Positions 1 through 13,977 of a stretch of 64,000 nucleotides of DNA are shown one piece after another (position 1 is the stretch's first letter; every line of letters starts with the position of its first letter). The stretch is from positions 8,879,124 to 8,943,123 of the forward strand of contig CM082596.2 in NCBI GenBank assembly GCA_040954595.2, in the 5' to 3' direction. A program made the translations under genes and the position numbers. The notes under the pieces are model-generated. The model had not been told where the DNA came from and searched no databases. It saw only the letters and a list, made by a program, of their open reading frames with translations. Origin of the DNA: Balanoglossus misakiensis (lineage: Eukaryota; Animalia; Hemichordata).

Positions 1-24
1 AAGATAAATAAGAAATATGTTGTT

Positions 25-600
25 TAAGCAATAACCCCCGCCGCAGGCGGGTATACACGAGATTTGGGTACAATTCGAGACATATAGCACGAGCCGTCAG
101 GCGAGTGCTATATGGAGCGAATTGTACCCAAATCGAGTGTATACCCGACTGAGGCGGGGGTTATTGCTATTATATTATATCAACAACTGTTTCTGTGGCA
201 TATCAGTGTCATTTTCTTACCGAAACGGCGTCAGAAAGAGAAATTACGATCGTGAATCAACATGGCGACGACAAATGTAAACACGGGCGGCCGGGATCGA
301 GCATTAAACATGAAGCAGACGACAAAAAGTGACAAGAGGTTAGACGGGCATCGCGCGTGGCAAAGTGACAAATATATCCACAGAGCAGTTCCAAAATAAA
401 ACGTCCGTTAATTCAACATTATTTTTGTTTTTATTTATTTGGTTTAAACACGCGCGACTGTGGTTTAACCGCACATTTTGCTGCCATATGCTAGTTCAGG
501 GGCCCGTTTTACCACTGCTAGCCATGGTAAAACAGTATTTTACCATCGCTGGATTCAGCTCTCGTCCAATCAGAATCACGGACGGTAGCATGATATAATA
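25..600. mobile_element. Non-autonomous Crypton-like element with ~140-nt terminal hairpin
   Basis: Imperfect palindrome 27-168 (AGCAATAACCCCCG...CGGGGGTTATTGCT). Starts TAAGCAATAA and ends CCAATCA...ATATAATA; the same architecture recurs at 10649-10960. Family assignment is from resemblance to TAAGCAATAA-type Crypton-derived repeats. Confidence 0.55.
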
Positions 601-1065
601 TAATTTTCATTAACCCACACTGATATTGCCAAGTACGCTCAGCTAAGAGGCATAATTAAGTCAATGTGAATGATGATAATAGGGAATAACTACTGAACAT
701 CCTTTGAACTCGTAACTCTGCATAAATTGTAATGGTGATTTTTTAGTTAGGAACTAACCTAGTGAAAGGTATTCAGTGAAAATGTGCACAATAACTAGAT
801 AGGTAATAAGTTCTGGAATAATTTATTGATCATGTGTAGAATTTAATCCCCATATGACTACATTATTGACAGTGATTTGTTAGGTTGATACTATTAAAGT
901 GACAATAGTTTTTTGTAAAGTTTAGTGGGTATAAACTTATTGGCTCCTAGAGTTTTAAAATGTATAATATGCAAAAGCTAGCTAAGTAACCAACAAATGA
1001 AAGGGTTCGATGAGGAGACAAGCGTCGGGTTTCATAAAAAGTTTTATCGTTAAAAACTTGTTCTA

Positions 1066-1103
1066 CCAACGTTTCGATCCTTCACTGAGGATCTTCTTCA
1101 GGG
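1066..1103 (-). ncRNA. Penelope-type minimal hammerhead ribozyme motif
   Basis: Minus strand reads CCCTGAAGAA-GATCC-TCAGTGAA-GGATC-GAAACGTTGG: CUGANGA box, 5-bp stem II, GAAA box and palindromic AACGTT stem III. Confidence 0.55.
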
Positions 1104-1539
1104 ATTCAGCAGTGATGGTCAGAATGAAAGGCGCAACACAATGCAAGTGTACCATAGGTAACATAAAACCCACTCTGAGTCTATGATAATGAATTAATAT
1201 TTATTATTTATTATTTGTTGCAGGGATTGGGGTTTGCTAGCAGCCAAGATGCAGTCCTTAGCAGTCGGTTATAATTGTCTATTTACACATTTTTCTCTCT
1301 TCAGTTTCAGATTTCAATGATGCGAAATATCCTCCTGTCCAGACGCCAAACTGGTAACCAGGTAACATGATTCCTGGGATGAGAGTAAGCAAATTAATGA
1401 CCAGCAATTGAAGTACAATACATTCATAAACCGCAATGAAGATATGAAATAAAAGGCCGAGGTTTGTCCACATGTTCATGCACAACAGTGTGGCGCATCT
1501 TGTATTGCTCATGAGGACAGGAAATTATCTCTCCATGCA

Positions 1540-2950
1540 TAAATTTAACTGTTGTTTTGTTTGACAGAAAAATAATTATTGGCATATTTTTCATATTTTG
1601 CAGATAACAGTTTCTGCTGATGATCAACATTTACCAACTCAGATCTGTATGCATTTAAGCAGCCAAGCAGAGTTCAAAGGTAATAATTTTGTCTTCTCAA
1701 GATTCAGTAGACCCCATGGATGACAGAATAAACTTCTCATTTGGGATGTCAGTGTACGACGACTATTGTATTATCCACGAAGACAAGAGGTCATCTCTGT
1801 CCATAGACATGTTTTTCTTTAGTGCTGTTTGACACAGAAATACTTATTGGCATATTTTTCATATTTTGCAGATAACAGTTTCTGTCTGATGATCAACATT
1901 TACCAACTCAGATCTGTATGCATTTAAGCAGCCAAGCAGAGTTCAAAGGTAATAATTTTGTCTTCTCAAGATTCAGTAGACCCTCATGGATGACAGCATA
2001 AACTGCTCATTATGGATGGCAGTGTGTGAGATATTATATTGTCCATGAAGACGGAGATCATCTCTGTCAATAGTGCTGTTTGACACAGAAATAGTTACTG
2101 ATATATGTTTCATATTTGCAGAGGAGAGCTGTTGCTATCTGATGATCAACAACTACCAGACTAAATCTGTGTGCTGCCAAGCAGATTTGAGGGTAACATA
2201 AGGTAAAACTTTGGTTGACCCCCCATGGATGATGGTAGAGATTTTAATTTGCTCATTTTTGGATGTATTGTTCATGAAGACAAGAGATCATCTCTGTCCA
2301 TAATTATGTTTTACTTTTGTGCTGTTTGACACAGAAATACTTATTGGCATATTTTTCATATTTGCAGAAGATAGATGTTTCTCTCTGATGATCAACATTT
2401 GCCAATCTAGATGTGGGTGCTGCCAAGAAGATTCAAAGGTAACATTTATTAGAAGGTACAACTCAAGATTTGGTTGATCCTATGAGTGACTGTATAGAAT
2501 TTAATTGCTCCATGAAAACAGGAGATCATCTGCTACATTATACCATTGTGCTGTTTGACAAAAAATATGTGTTGATCTATTTCTTTCATATTTGCAGAAG
2601 ACAGCTGTTTCTCTCTGGTGGTCAACATTTGCCAATCCAGATCTGTGTGCTGCCAAGCAGATTCGAAGGTAATAGTTATTAGAAGGTAAAAACTGAAGAT
2701 TTGGTTGACCCCCATGGATGACGGTGTAGAATTAATAGCTCATTTTGGATGTATTTTGGATTTATTGTATTGTCCATGACGACAAGAGATCATCTGCTAC
2801 AGTTTGCCATTGTGCTTTTTGACACAAAATTACGTATTGATCTATTTTCATTTTTGTAGATAACAGTTTCTCTGTGATGATCAACAGCAGCCAACCTGCA
2901 TATAGATCTGCAGATGCCTGCATGAAGACGAAGCAGATTTCAAAGGTAAC
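1540..2950 (+). repeat. Degenerate ~250-bp tandem repeat (6 units), each carrying an exon-like cassette
   Basis: TTTCATATTTGCAG|...CTGATGATCAACA...CAAGCAGA..CAAAG|GTAA recurs near 1604, 1872, 2122, 2368, 2598 and 2860. Confidence 0.7.
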
Positions 2951-5900
2951 AATTTCAACTGCAAACTGCAATAGCGTATGGTACAATTTTTCTGATGCGA
3001 CGACTGCAATTTCATTGAAATTTGGTACAAAGATAATCTGCCGTGATGTACATACGCCCATCAAATTTTGTTTGCGGTTTGATCAGAATGGCCACCAAGA
3101 ACAAGAAATTTAAGAACAGAGCCATAAGTCGGACATGTTTTAATCAATTCTTTTCTGACCACAAGCATTATGTATTTTGATGTACGTGCATGTCAGTTTT
3201 TGTCTCGTATGACCTAATATGGGGATCCAATCATATGGCCATTATTCTGATTTTTCAATCCTGGTCCGCCATTACTCAGACTTGGCCTGTTTCAATATCA
3301 TGCAATCAAACTTGTTGGGTCCCGTTTGGTATATGTTTTCTGGGACTTCATGGGATCGGTTGCGTCTGTATGTTCATCCAAATAAAAAATTTGAAAAACA
3401 CTGGGCGCATCACAACAATATTTGGTGCGTAGATGCAGGCCAGACTGTGGATGGAGAGAGTTGACTTTTCAGAGCCCTCTGAAGTTTTAGAACCTTAGAA
3501 CCCGGACCTCAGAATTTTTTTGACCTCAGATATATAACCCCAAAATTTACCTGTATAATTAAATATAATGATTCCCAAATAGGTGTAATGTTGCCAAAAC
3601 TACTCCCCGGAAAATACTTCATACGTACTAAATTGTATGGCAAGTGCGAGATCGTGACTGCCGATTACTGGCCATACTTGTTTTCGAAGTTAATGTCAAT
3701 TTCAGTTTCAAATTAACCCAAGGATTCAGATTCACCAGTAACGCGTTTCTTTTCTTTTTTGCTGTGAAAAGTCTTCTCTATCCTATGGATGGTATTTTGT
3801 TCAAATAAAGTTGCAATTGCCAGAAATCAGCAATTGAGCTTGAACAGTGTGAAGTTTGTCAAAACTCTGAAACTTAACGACTGTTGGAAGAAAAATAATA
3901 GTATACAATTTAGGTGATATTTGCATATTTTTAATTAGGGGTAGTCTTTGCCATTGTTGAACAAGTATCATTTTCTCTAAAACTGCCTGTGTAATTGCTG
4001 TGAAATTTGAATTACGGTCTATGTGATTGGTGTTCACCTATTTCTGTGTAATCCCCCGAATGGACAACAGTGTCTTTGGCGCTATGCTTTGAAAAGCCTT
4101 GATACACAAAGACTGTTAGCTTTTCTCCTGACTTGTTGGAATATACAGTGAAACCTGTCATTACGGACACCTGGCAAAAAACGGACTTTTTCATTATGGA
4201 CAGAATGTAAACTCCAGCATTGTTGTCACTTAAAACAATAAAAAAAAACCCTGACAAATACAGACACTTTTGCAATGCAGACAGTGGCCACTGATAATGG
4301 CTCAGAAGTGTTACTTTGTATTCAATACTCTGTTTTCTAAATCCGGAACGAGATTCTCTAACAGGGCGAGGATAATAGTTCAACACGAGGCTGAGGGTGA
4401 ACAACACATGGCGGGTTGTTCGCTGAGTGATAGTGAAAGCAAGCTTGGACCACGGGCGTCACAGAACGATAAATTGTATGGATAATAATAAACTTCTCAG
4501 TCACTGAACGCGTACTCTCAGTCTGTGTGCACAGTACATGCTCATCCTAGTGACCCTCGTTTTCTAGGTATGTTTCACGAGAATCTCGAAACTCGGGTAT
4601 TCCACTGGTCAATTTACGGATAGACACATGCTTCTCAGTGTTCTGACCACTGAAGACAAGTGACAAACATCGACAACGGATAAGGCCATCCTTAGGCAGT
4701 TAACAATGGAAGTCTATGCAGGTTAGGGACAGCAGACAGCTTTTATGGTACACCGGAAGTGTTCCTTTCAATTCAATCCCTGATTATGAACATTCATTTT
4801 CAAAGTTCTTATTGCTGAAGATTGACACAACAGACATGATTTCCTTCCAGTGTGGCCACCACGGCAACAGGGCGCAGGTGTCAGCATGACAGCAATCAAC
4901 TGCATTGCAAATACATGTAGCGCCAGATGGTTATTTAGCAATGACAGAAAAATTGCCACCTCAAACAAAACAGGAAAAAATTGTTGCAACTTGAATCCTG
5001 GCCATTTGATGACATACACAAGCACTGCACTGGTGCAACATGCTGACGTTGGTTATGATACAATTTTCCAGAATGAGAGGTTGCTTCATGAATAATAAAG
5101 AGTTTCAAAGCTCACCGACATCTGTTTGGCCAATCAAGGTCACAGGGAAAACTTTTCTGTGCCTTTGATTTTCAATGGACACAGTGCTGATTTCCACTGT
5201 CAATTGTTGAAGTTTAGAGACACTTAGCTAGGCTTTTATGCTTTTATGCCGTTACAGACACACTCCCTCCACTGTGTGTTTACTCTGCATGTGAGCATTG
5301 GCGTGTCAGTTTGTTTCGTGCATGATTGTCATGAATATAAATGAGATTGACTGAAGCAGACACCTCCCCATTAGTGACAAAAAACAATGTACCAACGGTG
5401 TCCGTAATTGACTGTTTCACTGTGTATCAAAGTAAACCAGGAACTTGTCGACACGCCCCCAACCCCCTTCCCCAACCACCCTACCCCCATCCCCCAGGTG
5501 ACACATTACTAGAGGATAGCACCATGTCAACTAGGGGTGAATCCCCCAGGCCCCATCTAGACGAACCACTGATTGCGATCAACAAATTACCCGATTGGAT
5601 GTTGCCACATTATAGGCCTTATCCCCGGGGTCAGTGTTTGACAGAAGCACATTTTTGTTTCTGTGTGAAGTAAAAGTGAAATGTCTCTTAGCTGCTGTGA
5701 TAAATCAAATACGAGGTAAGTGTAATGTTCTCTTTCTGTTTACAGGAACGAAGAGGATACATGTGAGAATTCAAAAGCCAGTGCGTCATATGCAGAGAAG
5801 TTTCCTGGAATGAGATGACTTTCTTTTCACGGACTTAAACCAACTGTGCTTGATTTCATCGTCGTTTCAAGAACAGAACTTTCCCATTGATTGTAATTGA

Positions 5901-6565
5901 AAAGTTATGATCCATATTCAACTTTTTTGTAATCGTGTCACAGAGAGAGGGAGCAGGTTAAAATTAAATTATGTGTATACATGTCAGTATACCAACACTG
6001 CTTTAAGTTTGTCATTGGAATAAAAAAAATTCAAATGAATTCAACCCTATTGCTTTATTACAGTCCTAAATTTACACTATGATTGGTTTAGCAGAACCTG
6101 AAGGTTGTTGGGTCCTTATAGGCACAATAAGCACCGCGCGTAACAAGCACTGAGTAAAATAGCACTACAATGTAATTGCACTGGATACAGCAGCCTTCAG
6201 GTGTTTACCATTCAGCCTTAGAGAGCGCAATATTGCACCCACTGTACCAACATTAAGCTTAATGGTAAACAAACAAAAAAATGATTACAGCATTATTGCT
6301 GTATTGGTACAAAACTTGTTTGAAACAGTTCTGTTTAGAAAGCAAATGTGACAATGAGCACTGAACCACCTCAGACTTGCTCTCTCTCTCTCTCTCTCCA
6401 TAGTCTTGAATTTTCCATTATTGTACTTGACATAGGCATGATTTGCTAGTATTGTACATTTTGTCAGTATGACGCATTGATTTCTATAGCTAAATGATAC
6501 AAATTGGCAATCGTAGGAGATTTTTTATAGTCAAAGGGGATTTTGTCATGGAGGTCATGTGACAT

Positions 6566-7790
6566 TTTTTATTAATTACGTGCCCAAGCCCCATAAAGGT
6601 GAGGTCCTTATTGGCATTTTCCTTTTTTTTTCTTCCACTACTATTACTTCTCCTTGTGTAGTTTTTCTAAGTCTACTTCTCATACTTGGCACAATGATGC
6701 AGGCCTATAAAATCTCTCACATAATGCTCTTGAATTTTTAATTAGTCATGTGATCTAGCGGCCATCTTGGATTGAAATTTTCAAATAAATCTCTTTTTCA
6801 TAACAATTGAGGAATCAAAATTATGTTACCAATCTTTGAACACAATACAGCCAAGATCCTGCATAATAAATTTCACGGTCCCAGGCCTTGTCAAATTTGA
6901 GATTTTATCGCATAATAGTTCCAATTTTGTCATGACCTTTGACCCAGCCATAGGCCTATACCCCTATATTAAAGCTATAAACACATCTTAGTCTGGCATT
7001 CTGGTCAGTGGTCCTGGACAGCTAGTGTTTGTAGGCTAGTGAACAGCAGGGGACCAAAATAAGAAGTCAAATTTTGGGGTTACCCCCTGACCTTTGACCC
7101 TCATTCGATGAGTGCATGTCTTTAATAGTAGGGTTCCCAACACAGCCAGAGGACTAGTTTGTGATGGACGGGTAAGAGTCCGACATCATTATGTATATTT
7201 AAATTTGGGGGTTACCCTTGAACTTTGACCCTCATTAATTATGGATATCAAATTCTACACGTAAAAATTTTCCAAGAAAGCTTATTTTTGGATGACAGGT
7301 TGGATTATGGGACAAAATTATTTTGCCAATATGACCTCAACCTTTGACCTGAATTTAACATAAATGTGAATTAATATTTAAATATGACACTTCACATTTG
7401 GTTGGATGTAATACCCAAGATTATAAGTTTCCCTTGACCTTTGACCTTCATTAATTATGTGCATATGTAATATTCTTGGCTAACAAACAGCCAGAGGTGC
7501 AGTTTTTTGTTAACATTTATAAGTATGGTAGTGAAATTTGATGGGCGAGTGTAGGAACCCCTTGACCTAAGTTGACCCCATTTAAAATTTGCATGTTAAA
7601 TTCTAAGCTTACAGATTGGTTATGGGAGCAATTTGTGAATATGTTCTATTATGGGATGAAAATTTGTTGACAAATTTCGGGACCCCATTTACCATGTTAA
7701 CCTCATTAATTATGTGCATACCTAATTCTAGGCTAACCAATAGGGCTACAAGTCTCTTTTGGGCGCCTTCAAGGCTGCTTGCAGCTTTAT
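6566..7790 (+). mobile_element. Helentron/HINE-like non-autonomous element
   Basis: 5' GCCCAAG matches 3' TTGGGC as a subterminal inverted repeat; 3' hairpin GCTGCTTGCAGC; many internal TGACCTTTGACC motifs. Related sequence at 32690-35488. Confidence 0.5.
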
Positions 7791-8289
7791 TATTATTTAT
7801 TTATTTTGTTTGCTTTCGAGCATATCTGTCTGTTCATTCATTCATTCATTCATTCAATCATTCATTAGGTCATTTATTTTTTATTTATTCATTTATTTGT
7901 GTCATTCATTTTTTTATTTCGGTGTATGCGTTATGTATATGTCTGTATGTCTGTTTGTCTGTATGTATGTATGTATGTATATATGTACCTATGTATTGTA
8001 ATGTAATGTACCCAAGGGTCTGTGTGTGTGTGTGCCACTATGCATGTATAATGTACATTTGTTTGCGAGTGGTGTAATATATTTTCATTCTGTATTGCAT
8101 TTTGATGAGCAGTTACAAGACTGCTGAATCCTTTTCTTTTTTTCTATGGAGAGGTAACATTTTTTTTTGTGTCTGGGGGACTTATGGTTGTATTGATTAT
8201 CTTGGAGTTCCGAAGTTGAATTTGGGCATATGTGATTGCAAAGGGTGTATTTTTCAGTTTGTAGATCATTGTCCATCAATTGTGGTTGT

Positions 8290-9195
8290 CTGGGAGTTCT
8301 TCATGGTTGTTTTCGGCATCTGTGGCTGCCATGGTTATATGTTTGAATTCATATTTGTATTCTCATGGTCTTTGGGTTTTTGGAGTACTCTGTGGTTGTA
8401 TTTGGCATCTGTGGTTGCCATGGTGATATGTTTGAATTCATATTTGAATTCTCCTGGTTTTCGGGTATCTGGGAGTACTCTGTGGTTGTATTTGGCATCT
8501 GTGGTTGCCATGGTGATATGTTTGAATTCATATTCGAATTCTCCTGGTTTTCGGGGTATCTGGGAGTACTCTCTGGTTGTATTTGGCATCTGTGGTTGCC
8601 ATGGTGATATATTTGAATTCATATTTGAATTCTCATGGTTTTCGGGTATCTGGGAGTACTCTGCGGTTGTATTTGGCATCTGTGGTTGCCATGGTGATAT
8701 GTTTGAATTCATATTCGAATTCTCCTGGTTTTCGGGGTATCTGGGAGTACTCTCTGGTTGTATTTGGCATCTGTGGTTGCCATGGTGATATGTTTGAATT
8801 CATATTCCAATTCTCCTGGTTTTCGGGTATCTGGGAGTACTCTGTGGTTGTATTTGGCATCTGTGGTTGCCATGGTGATATGTTTGAATTCATATTCGAA
8901 TTCTCCTGGTTTTCGGGGTATCTGGGAGTACTCTCTGGTTGTATTTGGCATCTGTGGTTGCCATGGTGATATGTTTGAATTCATATTCCAATTCTCCTGG
9001 TTTTTTGGTGTCTGGGAGTACTCTCTGGTTGTATTTGGCATCTGTGGTTGCCATGGTGATATGTTTGAATTCATATTCGAATTCTCCTGGTTTTTGGGTA
9101 TCTGGGAGTACTCTGTGGTTATATTTGGCATCTGTGGTTGCCATGGTGATATTCTTGAAATTCATATTTGAATTCTCATGATTCTTTGTGTATCT
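8290..9195. repeat. 90/91-bp tandem satellite, ~10 units, with 181-bp dimeric higher order
   Basis: GAGTACTC anchor at 8383, 8473, 8564, 8654, 8745, 8835, 8926, 9016 and 9106. The overlapping repetitive ORFs are artefacts. Confidence 0.95.
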
Positions 9196-9569
9196 GGTCA
9201 TGTGACAAAGCTGCTTCACCTCACTTGCTGGAGAAATCAGAAGACCGCAGTCTTTCTTCAATTCTTTTCTATCCAATGCCTGTCGCTTCCTGCAGTGTAC
9301 TTTCCCGTATAATAAATAAAGAACATGTATGTTTGTGCGCATGTGTGTACCAGTGTTTTTTTTTACATTTCTTAAAAATGTAAAAAAAAACACTGGTTTT
9401 TTGGTTATATTGAAATAAGTGTGTTGTGTGAAGGTTTACAAATGTCAAGTTTAAGTACTGCTTTCTTTAGCATACTATAAAAAACTTGACCTTGTGGCCT
9501 GTACTTTTTTAAATATGTTTTCGATATTTTATACACGTTCAGTTTTCAGGGATTTTAATCTGTGTGTGA

Positions 9570-11690
9570 GTACATTTGAACATTCATCTTTGTTTGTGTC
9601 GTTTTTCCTCAGTGTTAGGGTACGTTTTCAATGAAGTTTTCCCAATGGCTATAACAGATGAGAAGGTTTCTATTTGCAATGTATTCGAGAGTTCTAAATG
9701 CATGCCATTACTAAAATAATTTGAGGATGAAAGTCAATTGCAATAGATCCTTCAAGTCCAGTATAGTTTCCTGGGATCAGTTCATTAGTCGCGTGTGTAT
9801 AGTGTTCAACAGTTTGATATACCGGTATATCTGGGTTTTTTTCACATTTTAATATGAACTTTATGATTTCGCTTCTGCTTGACTTTTAAATATTTTAGAT
9901 GTGTGTGTGTGTGTTTATCTGTGTTTGTACAGATGATTTCACACGTTGCAGACATCTGCATTGTGTGAGTGTTTACAGTGCTTTGATTTTTTGATGGAAA
10001 TTTTCTTATATAAATGAATAATGTGTTTCCAGAAGCCATATAGGCTTAATCGTTTTTTGTTTTTTTTTTAATTTCATTTAGGGGGGGGGGCATAATAGTG
10101 GGAAATTCTTCCATGAAAAGTATCAAGCCCATGCAACATGGCTTACAGGCAACACATTATTTACACCTTTTGAACAACTTTTTCAATTATTTTACATTTG
10201 AACATTCAACGTCCATCTCTGTGTGTTTTTTCCCCAGTGTAGGGGGTTTAATGAAGTTTTCCCAATGGCTATAACTTATAAGACTAACCAGATTTGATAG
10301 ATCCTTGGAGATCACTATAGTTTCCTGGGATCAGTTCATAAGTCACTTTTCACACATTTTTCACATTTTAATATGAATTTTATCATTTGCTTGACATTAG
10401 GTATTTTTATATAATATTTTGGATGTGTGTGTGTTCATCTGTGTGTTTTTTAGAGATGATTTCACACACTGTTGAAAACACATGCATTATGTGAGTGTAA
10501 TAAACAAATAATGCGTTTCCAGAAGCCATATAGGCTTAAATTGTTTGCTTATTAGGGGGGGGGGGTCATAAATTAAATAGCATCAAGCCCATACAACATG
10601 GCTTCGAGGCAACACATTATTTTTACACTTTTTGAACAGTGAACTAGTTAAGCAATAAAACACCCCCAGCCATGGTATACCACGAGATTTTGACCAGTTC
10701 ACGACATATACGCACGAGCGATAGCGAGTGCGTATATGGAGTTGAACTGGTCAAAATCGAGTGGTATACCATGGCTAGGGGTGTTTTATTGCTATTATAT
10801 TATGCCAGTATATTGAAACTTTGCATAAAACATTTTAAAAAGGCATTTTCTTTAACTATGATATATGACTGTGGTATATGGCTAATATATCACGGTCACG
10901 TGTCGTGTCTCGACCAATCAAATAGCGTGATTTACACCATCAATGTACTGGTATAATATAATTTACAATATGGTATACTTTAAAAAAAAAAACACGTTTT
11001 CTTTATTTCAAACTTTTTTCAGTTTTTAGTTACTTTACATTTGAACGTTGATCCTTGTGTCATTTTCCCTCAATGTTTGGGGCTCAATATGACCTTTCAA
11101 TTTGCTTTTTGCTTGACATTGCAAAGTATTTATTATTTGTGGAAAAGTTTTTGTGTATGTTTGTAGAGATTTCAATAGTCAACTCAGTGTCCAGTTACTT
11201 GCTCTTTCCCAGAGGGGTTCCCTTTTCCCGAATAAAGGGTTTTACCTCTGGGTTTTGGTGCGGGGTAAATTTTCAGTTCATCCATGATGCATATGCATTG
11301 TGTGAGTGTTTACAGTTCTTTGAGATTATTTGATGACAATTTTCTTTATAAATTCATAAATGATGTGTTTGCAAAAGCCTTATAGGCATAATTCGATTAT
11401 TCTATTAAGGGGGGGGGGGGGTATAATAGCAATAAATTCGCTCATTTTTGAATAGCAAGGAGCCTATGCAACATGGCTTACAGGCAACACATTATTTACA
11501 CATTTTTAACAATAAAAATTTTTCTATAAAGTTTTCTATCTTTTACACACTTTCAGTATTTTTACATTTGAACATTCATTCTGTGTCTGCCTTTTTTCCC
11601 TGAATGTTTGGGGGATTTTTCCGATGACTACATCAGATGAGAAGGTTGTTGCTTTTGCTTGACATATTGCAAAATATTTATTATGTTTGA
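9570..11690. repeat. Degenerate ~0.5-0.6 kb tandem duplication (about 3.5 units)
   Basis: CATTTGAAC recurs near 9573, 10195, 11037 and 11565; GCAACACATTATT recurs near 10150, 10610 and 11484. Confidence 0.7.
10649..10960. mobile_element. Non-autonomous Crypton-like hairpin element (related to 25-600)
   Basis: TAAGCAATAAAACACCCC...GGGGTGTTTTATTGCT ~145-nt hairpin, then CCAATCA and a TATATAATA end. Confidence 0.55.
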
Positions 11691-13183
11691 ACAGTTTAAG
11701 TTTAATTGTTATTGTTAACAATTTGTATTCAAGTCCAGAATTGAATACATTTGCCAATAATAACAATATTCTGTACCTAAAGTTACAGGTACAGGCTCTC
11801 TAAACCTACTGTTTTGTATGCCAAATTAGCAACTTACGTTTTCAAGAGGAATGAATTTAAAATAATGTTTTTAGTAAACTTGGTGAATCTGTATAGTTAC
11901 TTACGCTTTCCCAGAGGGGTTCCCTTATCTCGAAATAAGGGTTTTACCTCTGGGTTTTGGTGCGGGGTAAATTTTCAGTTCATCCAATAAAGTACATGAA
12001 CCGCTACTCATGTAAAAGTGACCTGTATTGTGTGTGTGTATGCTTTTGGATGTGTTAAGTTTACCGGGTAATATTGCATAGGTGGAATGGGAATGGAGAC
12101 TAGAATGGGTTTAGTGTGAGTGACTGCAGAGAGCTAAGTGGATGTTGTGTGTCCCATCCACAATATAGATGTAAATTTGAAAACAGTTGCGTGTATTACA
12201 GTGAAATTTAATGTGTAGATGTGATGTGGTGGCAGGATGTGAGCTTGTTGACATGAAAGTGCGAATCGTCATGGAAACGTCAAAAATGTTAAAATACATT
12301 AACATCCTCTGGGAAGTTGAATTCAGGGGAGAGCAACATTGTTGGAATAGCAATGCCATTCTGTCAATACCCCATAGTAGTAAAGTCATTAATTAACACT
12401 GAACGAATGGGACATGCAAGGACTGTTATGAGTATTGCTCACAATCCTGGCGACTAAAATATTAACTGAGAATTGAACTGGCAAAAAAAAGGTTTCTAAA
12501 ACAATTACCAACAATTTTAACGCTATAACAAATATGCAATCAGCTTGCTAATATGATTTCCAATCCAATTATCATTTTTTTCTATAAATTCAGTCACAAT
12601 TCATTTATTTGAAGTTTACACTACAAGGTCTGAAAACCAAAGCAAGCATTATGAATCACAAAGCTTCATCTAAAGAAAATCACTACCTGTATATCAGCTA
12701 CATACAGAAATTTAAGTCTGCAGAAGTTTGTACATGTTGATAAGCAAAATGCAAGTTTAGAAAATGGCGGCAAAATGACTTTGGCCAATTACTAGCTTTG
12801 TTTCACATCACCTGATATCAATTAAGGTCAACCAAAGTTGGAGATCATAAAAAGGTCAATTCTTGTGTCCCTGCTGCATGGATTTGTACTTTGAAAATTA
12901 TTCTTGCATCATTTCTGCATAGAGAAAAGCCTTGCATCTTTGCGGCTACTTTGCGGCAAGCTCTTGTGTCCTTATTGCAAGGATTACCACCTCTACTGCA
13001 GAGCCACATTTAGTTGCGACCTGCCGCATTGCCTCTGCTGCAGAAACACTCTCTGCGAATACACCACAGCGTGTCTGCAAGAGCACCACAATGCCTTCAC
13101 AGCAGAACTGCTGCAGAGCTGCTGAAGGCTGCTGCAGAGCTGCTGCTTTGTTGGCATTTTTGTAAGGGTGGCGACAGTATTAA

Positions 13184-13977
13184 GGTACCGTTCAGTTTTT
13201 ACGGCAGGGGGGGGGGGGGCGGCAAGTTTGTGTCATCAGTTTTCAAAATCAGGCCGAACCACCCCCCCTTCGTCCAGGACCAAAAAATGATGACCCCCCC
13301 CTTTGACACACCCAAAAATATGATGACCCCCCCCCCCCCCGAAAACATTCGCCGTCCAGATCCTATGTAGACTGTATGCAATAAATGAAATGAGGCTCCT
13401 CACACCTCAATTATAAATTTCTTAAAGTAATTGAAGTATATAATGGTATATCGTTGCAATAAAGAAAACTATGAACAAATTAAAATGACTAGTCAATACA
13501 ATAGTTGCCAGAATTGGTTAAACAAGAAAAGTGGCGGGGGTGGGCGTGGGAGGGGGTGTCCCCCTTCCACATAAGAAAATTTTGTAAAATACGGTGCTCA
13601 AAGTTGCATTTTAAATAACTCCAAAGCAAACTAACTCAATGTTAGGGAGGACAAATTTTAATTTTGCCACTCCCCTCAAAGTAGGCATCGGGGTGGGGTG
13701 GCAAGAAGTCTGCCCCGGTACACTAGACAAACCAGCGAATAAATGCATGGAGGGGGTGGGTAGAAAATTTTGCAAAATAAAGGGCACGAAACTGCAATTT
13801 TGTGGACTCAAAAGCAAAAGTTTGGTGGCAAAAGTATGTGACCCCCCCCCTAAACGTTTAAAAAAAACAGATGACCCCCCCCCCTTTAGGACTTCAAAAT
13901 TTAAGTGACCCACCCCCCCCCTAGATTTTGCCGCCCCCCCACCCCCCGCCCCCCGGCCGTAACAACTGAACGGTCCC
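13184..13977. mobile_element. PIF/Harbinger-type MITE
   Basis: TIR GGTACCGTTCAGTTTTTACGGC / GCCGTAACAACTGAACGGTCCC, flanked by TAA on both sides; poly-G/C tracts. Confidence 0.8.

Noticed and set aside
1600-2900. Hammerhead or C/D snoRNA calls from repeated CTGATGA
   Set aside because: No stem II/GAAA partner and no properly placed box D or terminal stem found by eye.
8102-9393. Multiple repetitive ORFs (e.g. MNSNISPWQPQMP)
   Set aside because: Translations of a 90/91-bp satellite in many frames; the 91-bp units shift frame.
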